Notes under the pieces: generated by a model | What the model was told of the DNA's origin: nothing | What the model saw: the letters and a program-made list of their open reading frames with translations, nothing else | Databases searched by the model: none | Origin: an uncultured Methanosarcinales archaeon | GTDB taxonomy: Archaea; Nanobdellota; Nanobdellia; Woesearchaeales; JACPBV01 | Length of the DNA: 20,000 nucleotides | Reading direction: 5' to 3' | NCBI GenBank assembly: GCA_964492935.1 | Contig: CAZBLF010000002.1 | Coordinates: 45,449-65,448, forward strand | Part shown: positions 8,501 through 17,237 of the stretch, piece by piece | How positions within the stretch are numbered: the stretch's first letter is position 1 | How the letters are laid out: every line of letters starts with the position of its first letter | Position numbers and translations under genes: made by a program

Positions 8501-9782
8501 CCCAAGCGATGCCCAATAACAACACTCTTCATCAAGCTAACAACAGTTTTAAGAACTTCAATATTCCAATAATAGGCAATCTTATGAATAATGAACTTAA
8601 ACCAAATGAATCTGAGATGAAAGAAATACATTTTTGGGAGCTTCCAGACACAGTCAGATTGAGATTAAATCTTGAATCTTTACATCATCTATTCAAATCC
8701 TCTGATCCAGTGAGTACAGCGGAGAGGTTGGGGATATCGAAATCATATCTAAACCATTTGAAGAATGGCAGGCACGCAATAAAGCCCTCTCAACTACTAA
8801 TCCTTACGAGGCTTTTTGAGAAAGACCCCTTAGAAGTAGAGAAGCAAATAATTTCGATGAACTCAACTCGAGGAGGGCAAGCAAGATGCACGTTACCAAT
8901 CGGGCAAATGAAGAAATTGCCTCGCTGATAGGCCATTACTATGGAGATGGAAGCATCATTACAAAAAAGCCCCAGTTCAAATTTTGCAATTTTGATAAGG
9001 TCTCTCTAAACGAAGTGAAATTGTTAGTAGCAAAGCAATTCGAGTCAACACCCATTAATGTAACTGAGACTACAGTTACTTATTCCACAATTATCGGAGA
9101 GATACTCCTTCTATTTGGTGCACAGCGAGGAAGTAAACTTAAGCTAAAAAATGATGTCCCTACCTGGATCACAAACGGAAGCGATGGTGTGAAAAGCAGG
9201 TTTGTGAGAGCGTTGTTTGACGACGACGGATCAGTTTCTTCTTCCGGGAACAATAAGAACATTAATTTCCACCAAATAGTCTTCGATGAGTACAATCAGT
9301 ACTCTATAAGATTCTTAAAATCCGTGGTCAAGATACTAGAAGGATTTGAGATAATTACTCATGGACCTTACTTATCCAGAAAATACCAGATTAGCCAAAA
9401 GGAAAGGAATGTAAATTTCTTAATTATCTCGGACTGGAAGAGTCTGGAAAATTATAAGAGGAAAGTAGATTTTTTTCACTCAAAGAAAAAGAAAAGAATA
9501 ATTGATGTATTATCAAGAAAAAAGACACTGGGAAAACACGAAAGAAATCTCTTATACAAAAAGATTATCCACTTGTTCCATCCTGAAGAAGAACCATTAT
9601 CAACGGCATTCATTTCCGAAAAATTGGACATCTCCACAAGAGCAGCCCTCAAAAGGTTGAAGAATCTTCAAAGCAACAAAAAAGTGACCTTCGAAGGAAG
9701 AGTCCGAAACCGATCATTTTTATGGAAACTAAATGGAGGTGAAACCAAATACCCAAAAGACAAGATATCAAAAAAATCTTAG
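8497..9782 (+). mobile_element. Free-standing LAGLIDADG homing-endonuclease gene (HTH + two LAGLIDADG motifs + C-terminal winged HTH), split by a -1 frameshift near 8900
   Basis: ORF 8497-8928 has an HTH (TAERLGISKSYLNHLKNG). ORF 8886-9782 has ASLIGHYYGDGS, RFVRALFDDDGS and a C-terminal HTH. TTA CCA ATC GG GCA AAT GAA GAA is one base short of a continuous LPIxANEEIASLIG. A TTTTAAGA box at 8547-8554 lies upstream of in-frame ATGs at 8584 and 8617. It sits between carA and carB, which are commonly adjacent. Confidence 0.8.
9735..9742 (+). promoter_or_regulatory. Strong Shine-Dalgarno GGAGGTGA for carB, inside the endonuclease ORF
   Basis: GGAGGTGA lies 6 nt before ATA CCC AAA AGA (the MPKR start of CarB) at 9749. 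Confidence 0.75.
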
Positions 9783-12700
9783 TGATTGGTTCAGGCCCAA
9801 TTCAAATCGGACAAGCCGCTGAATATCCTTAATAGGAATCAGAGTCGACTACTCCGGTACGCAAGCCTGCAAAGCACTAAGGGAGGAAGGCTATAAAGTT
9901 GTTTTAGTAAATAGCAATCCAGCCACAATCATGACCGATGCCGACATGGCAGACGCAGTCTACATAGAACCCCTAACCGTAGAGATCGTAGAAAAAATAA
10001 TCATAAAGGAAAAGCCAGATGGCATTCTGCCAACGATGGGCGGCCAAACCGGATTAAATCTAGCAGTACAGCTACACCAACAAGGAATTCTCAAAAAACA
10101 CCACGTAGAACCACTCGGAACATCAATAGAATCCATCGAGCAAGGAGAAGACAGAGAACTGTTCAAAAAACTCTGCATAGATATTGGAGAACCTATTCCC
10201 GAATCAAAAACCGTAGAAAATCTCAAACAAGCAAAAGCATTCGAGAAAGAATGCGGACTCCCGATAGTCATCCGTCCAGCCTACACCCTCGGAGGCACTG
10301 GAGGAGGAATAGCACATACACCAGAAGAATTCGAAACCATTACCCAACACGGAATCAATCTCAGCCCCATCAAGCAAGTCTTATTAGAAAAAGCAATCCT
10401 TGGCACCGAGGGCTGGGGAGAATTCGAGTTTGAAGTGATGCGCGATAAGAACGACAACTGCATCATCATCTGTCCCATGGAAAACCTCGACGCCATGGGC
10501 ATCCACACCGGCGAGTCCATTGTAACGGCTCCAACGCAAACCCTCAACGATAAAGAATTCCAAACTCTAAGAACATCCGCAATCAAAGTAATCAGAGCAC
10601 TAAAAGTAGAGGGCGGCTGCAACATCCAGTTCTCATTCAACTACCATACTGGAGAATACGTCATCATCGAAGTCAATCCGCGTGTCTCACGATCATCAGC
10701 CCTAGCATCTAAAGCAACCGGCTACCCCATAGCAAGAATCGCTACAAAAATTGCAATAGGAATGACACTAGATGAAATTCCTAACGATGTAACCAAAGAA
10801 ACCAAAGCATGCTTCGAGCCCACAATCGACTACACCGTAGTCAAAATTCCGAGATGGCCCTTCGACAAATTCCCTACCGTAGACAAGCGCATCGGCACCC
10901 AGATGAAATCCACCGGAGAGACCATGGCGATCGGCAGAACGTTCGAAGAAGCCCTCCAAAAAGCAATCAGATCGCTAGAAGTAGACAGATTCGGATTAGG
11001 CCACGACCCCAAAGACCGCATCTGCGAAAACAAAGAGGAAATCATTCAAAATCTCAAAGTTCCAACACATAAAAGACTCATGTATATCCGAGATGCGTTT
11101 GCACTCGGCATGAACGAAGAAGAAGTAAAAGCACTCACCGGCATCAACACCTGGTTCCTCACCAAAATAAAAAACATCTACGAGCACGCCAACACCATCA
11201 CCAAAGAAAAAGAATCAATAAGAGAAGCAAAAAGAAAAGGATTTTCCGACGTCCAAATAGCAAAAATCACAAACACAAGTGAAAAAGAAATCAGAACGTT
11301 AAGAAAAGAACACAACATCCTCCCTACCTACAAAATGGTAGACACGTGTGCCGCAGAGTTCGAAGCAAAAACGCCCTATCTCTATGGAACCTACGAGCAA
11401 GAAGATGAATCCAAACCCACCAACAAAAAGAAAGTAATCATCATTGGTGGAGGCCCCATCCGAATCGGCCAAGGAATAGAATTCGATTATTGTTGTGTCC
11501 ACAGCGTCTTTGCCTTACAAGAAGAAGGCTACGAAGCCATCATTGTAAACAATAACCCAGAAACCGTTTCAACCGACTTCGATACCTCTGATAAACTCTA
11601 CTTCGAACCCTTAATTTTCGAAGACGTCATGAATATCATCGAACGAGAGCAACCGCATGGAGTAATCCTACAATTCGGTGGACAAACGCCCATTAACATG
11701 GCGATGCGCCTACAAGAAGAGGGAGTCAAAATACTGGGAACACAACCCGGGAGCATCGACACCGCAGAAAATAGAGATAAGTTCGGCGCAATCCTAGAAA
11801 CATTAAAGATTCCCAGTGCCCCCTGGGGAACCGCGAGATCAATAAATGAAGCCTTACTCAAAGCAGGCAACATCGGCTATCCCGTACTCGTAAGACCTTC
11901 CTACGTTCTCGGAGGTAGAGCAATGCAAATCGTAACGAGCGATGAAGAATTAAAGGCATATATGGAGGAAGCCGTAAAGATTTCCCCCGACCATCCCGTT
12001 CTCGTAGACAAGTACCTAGCAAACGCACTAGAACTTGATGTAGATGCATTGTGCGATGGCAAGCAAGTCTATGTCGCAGCCATCATGGAGCACATCGAGG
12101 AAGCCGGCGTACACTCCGGAGATTCAGCCTGCGTCATCCCTCCACAAAGCCTTAAACCAGAAGTCAAACAAAAAGTCATCGACTACACCAAGAAACTAGC
12201 TCTAGCTCTCAAGACAATTGGATTAATCAATATCCAATATGCAGTAAAGGATGACGTCGTCTATATTCTAGAAGCAAATCCTCGTTCATCAAGAACCATC
12301 CCCTATGTCAGCAAATCCATAGGAAAGCCCATGGCAAAAATTGCAACCCAGGTACTTCTTGGAAAAACCCTAGACGAACTAAATCTAGGAGACTATACCG
12401 AACCCACCTTCACCACCGTCAAGCAAGTCGTCTTTCCCTTTCTTAAATTACAGGGAGTTGATCCCATACTAGGACCAGAAATGAAATCCACCGGAGAGGT
12501 CATGGGAATAGATACCTCCTTCGGCAAAGCCCTCTTCAAAGGCTTCGAAGCAGCCCAGATGAAACTGCCGAAGCAAGGCAACATCATGGTTGCAATCGGA
12601 AGAGATGACCACAAAGAACAAGCCGTGGACTGGGCAAAAAGCCTAATCGAGATGGGCTTCAAGCTCTTTTGCACACCCGGAACGCGAGACGTCTTCATCA

Positions 12701-12972
12701 AGCACAACATCCCTTCAACCACCGTACCCAAAATCAGAGAGGACCCCATGATACTTGACATGATGAAGCGCAACCAAATTCATATGGTGATCAACCTCCA
12801 TCGCGGCTCCCATCCAAGAACCGACAGCTACACCATAAGACGAAAGTGCATAGAATTAAACATCCCTCTACTAACACGAATGCCCACCGCAAAAGCCGCA
12901 ATAAAAGCAATCACTTCGATGAAAGACCAAGAGTATGATGTAAAGTCGCTGCAAGCCTTTTACGCAGACTGA
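9749..12972 (+). CDS. carB: Carbamoyl-phosphate synthase large subunit; join(9749..9824, 9845..12972), 1067 aa, ATA start
   Basis: Exon 1 reads (M)[24 protein letters not shown]. Exon 2 continues (F)[31 protein letters not shown] into the 9931-12972 ORF, which has [34 protein letters not shown] and an MGS domain. Confidence 0.93.
9825..9844 (+). other. Putative 20-nt bulge-helix-bulge (tRNA-type) intron in carB mRNA
   Basis: Removing ATCCTTAATAGGAATCAGAG restores GAA TTC GAC TAC (EFDY) and the frame. The central helix CTGA(9819-22)/TCAG(9839-42) is flanked by 3-nt bulges AT^A and AG^T, with inner stem TCCT/AGGA and exon stem AGCCG/CGACT. Confidence 0.85.
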
Positions 12973-13039
12973 CACACACCACAATTTCTCAAACAAAAGA
13001 CTAACACATAAAAACAAACCCTAATTAACTCACCACTTC

Positions 13040-13108
13040 GTGACGAAAAAACCTATACAACTACTTGAAAAGCCGAAAAATATTGACGGAAAGCATTTAA
13101 GGGAGTAA
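13040..13108 (+). pseudogene. Short ORF MTKKPIQLLEKPKNIDGKHLRE*, possibly the stranded original 5' end of lhr
   Basis: GTG start ~27-30 nt after an ACATAAAAA box. AAT ATT GAC GGA AAG C resembles lhr AAC ACG GAC GAA GAG C (11/16 identical), and PKN occurs in both. Confidence 0.4.
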
Positions 13109-13134
13109 CACACTCCGTATTTTCCCAGTCATTC

Positions 13135-13162
13135 TGAAATCCATACTCAAGCGGTGATTTCA
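13135..13162 (+). promoter_or_regulatory. Hairpin overlapping the SD of the second LAGLIDADG gene
   Basis: TGAAATC (13135-41) pairs with GATTTCA (13156-62). The SD GGTGA is at 13153-57 and the ATG at 13164. Confidence 0.5.
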
Positions 13163-13163
13163 A

Positions 13164-14231
13164 ATGAAAAAAGAAAAAAACGAAAACAAAAGTGTCCTTT
13201 ACGATGGGCTTTCTCGCCGAGAAATTATTGGCGCTTGGAAGAACACAATGGACACCAGAAAGAAGACTGGACTTGGACAGAGAGAGCTAGCGAGGCTTCT
13301 ACTAACTGAGCACCAACTAGAGATCTCAGAAAGCACTATATCGGGATGGATTCATAAGCATGTTGTTCCCTTTGCGCAAGAGAAAACACAATTCAAACCA
13401 AAACCTATTCCTCCAAAAAAGGTGCTCGAAAAGCTGTATATCCACAATCAGAAAAGTGCAAGCACGATCGCAAAGAAGTTCCATGTGTCTACAATTATTG
13501 TTATCAATTGGCTGAAAAAATACGGGGTCCGAGTAAGATCTCACACAGAATCCATGAATACAAGTATTATCCAGAGCGTATTAAGGGATCAAAAAGTGAC
13601 TAGGCCCACCAGAGAGTATGGTAAGCTCTCTCCCGAAAAGGCATATATTCTTGGAGTACTCTGCGGCGATGGATACATCGATCATAAATTCATGAAGCTC
13701 GAGATTAGAAGAGACCTTGATTTTATGAACGAATTCATTAGATGTGTTGAGGAGGTATACGGTTTACGATACAAGCACTATTACTACAAGCACAGAAATA
13801 GCTATATTGTGAACGTGAACGCTCAAATTATTTGCAAAGATTTACTCAACCACGACACCTTCCGAACTCGAACATGGAGAGTCCCTAAAGCAATATCTGA
13901 ATCAAAGAGCAAGGGAGTGGTGAGCCATTTCCTAAGAGCACTCTTTGACAGCGATGGTTCTTCTAGTGGATCAACCGTAAACATGACGCTTGCGAATGGA
14001 AGTGCATTAAGAGAGGTATCGTCGCTTCTTACAAAACTAAACATTTCCAATAGGGTGAAAACTCGAAGCCCTTACAGCACACTAACGATATCACATAAGG
14101 ACAACCTAAGAAAATTCATAGAAGAAATCGGATTCACCATTCAAAGAAAAAATGATAGAACCAAAAAATACATACAACACGGACGAAGAGCTGTACGGTC
14201 TTTTGCACCCCATAGTCAAAAAGTGGTTTAA
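13164..14231 (+). mobile_element. Free-standing LAGLIDADG homing-endonuclease gene with two N-terminal HTH modules (intact, 355 aa)
   Basis: HTHs GLGQRELARLL...ISESTISGWI and LEKLYIHNQKSASTIAKKFHVS..VINWLKKYGV. LAGLIDADG motifs AYILGVLCGDG and HFLRALFDSDGS. Overlaps lhr by 80 nt. Confidence 0.85.
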
Positions 14232-16737
14232 GAGGAAGTTTAAGACGTTCGCGAAAGCCCAGAAATGCGCGATAATGCCAATCCATAATCGCGAGAACGT
14301 GTTAGTTTCATCTCCAACCGGATCCGGCAAAACGTTAACAGCATTCATGGCCATTCTCAACGAATTAGTAGACTCCTCGGAAAAGAACATTCTTGAGGAT
14401 AGAGTTTATGCTGTTTACATAAGTCCGCTTAAGGCACTTTCTTCAGACATCCACCACAATCTCATCGAACCCCTAGAAGAGATGGAAAAATCCGCAAAGA
14501 AAGAGCTCAATATCAGAGTTGGTGTACGAACCGGCGACACCACCCCCTACCAACGATCAAAGATGCTCAAGAACCCGCCCCACATTCTCATCACAACGCC
14601 AGAATCCCTAGCTATCTTAATCTGCTCCCCAAAATTCCAGGAACATCTCAAAAAAGTAGAGTGGTTTATCTTAGATGAAGCCCACGCCATCGCAGAAAAC
14701 AAGCGAGGAGTCCACGCATCTATCGTCATGGAACAACTCTCCCAACTCTCTCCCCACATGTGTCGCATCGGATTATCCGCAACCATCTCACCACTCGAAA
14801 AGATAGCACATTTCCTTGTCGGTAACGATAAGGGTAAACCAAGACCTTGCAAATTAGTAGATGTGCAATACCTCAAAGAAATCGACCTCAAAGTCATGTC
14901 ACCCGTCAAAGATCTCATTGGCGTCGAGCACACCTTAATGCACAACTCCATGTACAAGTTAATTAACAAATTAGTACAAGACCACAAGACAACCCTAATC
15001 TTCACCAACACCCGAGCTGCAACCGAACGGGTAGTCCACAACCTCAAAGATAAATATCCGAAAAACTACGACGAAAACATAGGAGCACATCACGGTTCTC
15101 TAAGTAAAGAACTCAGATTAGATATCGAAGAAAGATTACGAGCAGGAAAAGTAAAGGTAGTTGTTTGTTCAACCTCTTTAGAATTAGGAATCGACATCGG
15201 TTCTATTGACTTAGTTATCTGCCTAGGCTCTCCAAAATCAGTTGCGCGAGCATTACAACGAGTAGGACGATCCGGTCACCGACTAACAGCAAAAACCAAG
15301 GGAAGAATAATTGTACTAAACCGAGACGACCTCATCGAATGTTCCGTCTTAGTAAAAGATGCAATCGAAAAGAAGATCGACCGCATCCACATCCCGAATA
15401 ACTGTCTCGACGTCCTAGCCCAGCAAATCTACGCAATAGCCATCCAGGATAAAATCCAAGTAAATGACCTTTTCAACATGATTACGAGATCATACTGCTA
15501 CCGAGATCTAGACCGAAAAGACTTCCAGGACGTTATAGATTACTTAGCAGGCAAGTTCGTCTCCTTAGAAGACCGCTACATCTACGCCAAGATCTGGTAC
15601 GACGAAGACACCGGCATGATTGGTAGAAAGGGAAAGATGGCAAGAGTCATCTACATGACCAACATCGGAACCATCCCAGAATCAATTGCTGTACGCGTTA
15701 AAATCGGCGATCAACCCGTAGGTACCATTGAAGAAGCCTTTCTAGAAAAGCTCAGACCAGGAGACGTCTTCCTATTAGGTGGAAACACCTACCAGTTCAA
15801 GTTTGCGCGCGGGATGGTCGCCCAAGTCTCTGCGTCCGTCAACCGACCACCCAATGTTCCGGCATGGTTCTCCGAAATGTTGCCATTAAGCTATGATCTA
15901 GCAAGCGACATCGGCAAGTTCAGAAGACTTATTAGCCAACAATTCGATGCAAATAAGAAAAAGCCAGAAATTCTAGAATGGATTCACGAGTATCTCTATG
16001 TAGATCAAAAAGCGGCTGAATCAATTTACAGTTACTTCGACGAACAACACAAGTTCGCAAAAATCCCCTCAGATTCCAGAATCATTGTCGAACACTACAT
16101 CGATGGAACCGGAAAACGATTTTCCGTCTTCCATTCCCTCTTTGGTCGCAGGGTAAACGACTGCCTATCAAGAGCAGTAGCCTTCGCCATCGGCAGAACC
16201 CAACACAAAGACGTAGAGATCGGCATCAGCGACAACGGCTTCTATATCATCGCTCCCGGAAAAGTAAATGTGCTGAAAGCCTTTAAACTCCTAAAAAGCA
16301 AAGACCTCAGAAAAGTAATGAATATGGCCATTGACAAAACAGAAGTTCTGAAACGAAGATTCAGACACTGCGCAGCACGTTCACTCATGATCTTAAGAAA
16401 CTACAAAGGCAGAAGAAAGTACGTTGGCAGACAACAAGTAAGTTCAATGATCCTATTAAGCGCTGTAAGAAGAATCTCCCAACACTTCTCCATCCTCAAA
16501 GAAGCCAGAAGAGAAGTCCTAGAAGACTTAATGGATATCGACAATGCCCAAATCATCGTAGAAAAAATAGAGAAGAAAGGCATCAAGATAGAGGAGTTCA
16601 CAACGGAAATACCAAGCCCCTTCGCATTAAATCTAGTAACACAAGGCAAGACCGACATCATGAAGATCGAAGACAAAACAGAATTCTTACGAAGAATGCA
16701 CAATGAGATTCTGGCAAAGATTAGTTTGAAGAAGTGA
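14152..16737 (+). CDS. lhr: Lhr-like ATP-dependent SF2 helicase
   Basis: SPTGSGKT, YISPLKAL, RTGDT, ITTPESL, DEAH, GLSAT, FTNTR, HHGSLS, SLELGIDIG, QRVGRSGH and LDVLAQ. Confidence 0.92.
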   Translation: MIEPKNTYNTDEELYGLLHPIVKKWFKRKFKTFAKAQKCAIMPIHNRENVLVSSPTGSGKTLTAFMAILNELVDSSEKNILEDRVYAVYISPLKALSSDIHHNLIEPLEEMEKSAKKELNIRVGVRTGDTTPYQRSKMLKNPPHILITTPESLAILICSPKFQEHLKKVEWFILDEAHAIAENKRGVHASIVMEQLSQLSPHMCRIGLSATISPLEKIAHFLVGNDKGKPRPCKLVDVQYLKEIDLKVMSPVKDLIGVEHTLMHNSMYKLINKLVQDHKTTLIFTNTRAATERVVHNLKDKYPKNYDENIGAHHGSLSKELRLDIEERLRAGKVKVVVCSTSLELGIDIGSIDLVICLGSPKSVARALQRVGRSGHRLTAKTKGRIIVLNRDDLIECSVLVKDAIEKKIDRIHIPNNCLDVLAQQIYAIAIQDKIQVNDLFNMITRSYCYRDLDRKDFQDVIDYLAGKFVSLEDRYIYAKIWYDEDTGMIGRKGKMARVIYMTNIGTIPESIAVRVKIGDQPVGTIEEAFLEKLRPGDVFLLGGNTYQFKFARGMVAQVSASVNRPPNVPAWFSEMLPLSYDLASDIGKFRRLISQQFDANKKKPEILEWIHEYLYVDQKAAESIYSYFDEQHKFAKIPSDSRIIVEHYIDGTGKRFSVFHSLFGRRVNDCLSRAVAFAIGRTQHKDVEIGISDNGFYIIAPGKVNVLKAFKLLKSKDLRKVMNMAIDKTEVLKRRFRHCAARSLMILRNYKGRRKYVGRQQVSSMILLSAVRRISQHFSILKEARREVLEDLMDIDNAQIIVEKIEKKGIKIEEFTTEIPSPFALNLVTQGKTDIMKIEDKTEFLRRMHNEILAKISLKK

Positions 16738-16823
16738 ATCAAAGAGCTGAAGTTACATCGAAAGAGATACAATTGATAATAAATTTCCCACACAGAACTT
16801 TCGATAACTTCTTAAGAACTTAC

Positions 16824-17138
16824 TTAATTTACATCAGATGGTCGATAATCATAAACCAGCCATAGCAAACCAACGATATGAGTAGCAGCTTCCTCTTCAC
16901 GAATTTCTGTATTCCTACGAATGCAGTCGGCTATGTGACCTGTGACGCAGCGCAAATAATCCTTAAACGATTCTTCTTCAAAGCGTTCATCAATAATATC
17001 TTTATGTGACCTGCCAGTGAGTTGCGCCGTGGTGAATGCATCGCGTGTAACCGGATCGATAAGATCCTCAATATGCTGATCAACGTCAAAGCCGCGGGCC
17101 ATAAAATACGCCTTTGCTTCTTCACACTTAGGGTGCAT
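16824..17138 (-). CDS. Hypothetical protein (104 aa)
   Basis: ATG-initiated ORF with a TTTATAAA box ~25-30 nt upstream on the minus strand. Confidence 0.55.
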   Translation of the reverse strand: MHPKCEEAKAYFMARGFDVDQHIEDLIDPVTRDAFTTAQLTGRSHKDIIDERFEEESFKDYLRCVTGHIADCIRRNTEIREEEAATHIVGLLWLVYDYRPSDVN

Positions 17139-17237
17139 TGCATATTTCTCACTAACAAGTAACTCTTTATAAACGTTACTATTTTAACTACTAGATGATA
17201 GTAAAAAACTTAAATCGAAAGTAAATCCATTTCAGCC

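Noticed and set aside
8512..9751. Endonuclease 1 as a large BHB or group I intron, or an intein, in carB
   Set aside because: The two ends are A/C-rich and cannot form a 4-bp central helix. I saw no group I core. There are no Cys/Ser...His-Asn intein ends, and the ORF is out of frame with carB.
9960..12773. Multiple minus-strand and alternate-frame ORFs within carB (likewise within lhr, U32 and the kinase)
   Set aside because: Shadow ORFs of strongly conserved genes.
9931..12972. carB starting at ATG 9931, or carB as a pseudogene
   Set aside because: The conserved N-terminal 54 residues are present upstream with a strong SD. The rest of the gene is intact, and the insert has exact BHB geometry.
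13076..14185. Endonuclease 2 as a BHB or group I intron, or an intein, in lhr
   Set aside because: The frame-restoring junctions I tested gave no complementary central helix. No convincing P7/P9 structure precedes a terminal G. There are no intein motifs, and the ORF is in a different frame from lhr.
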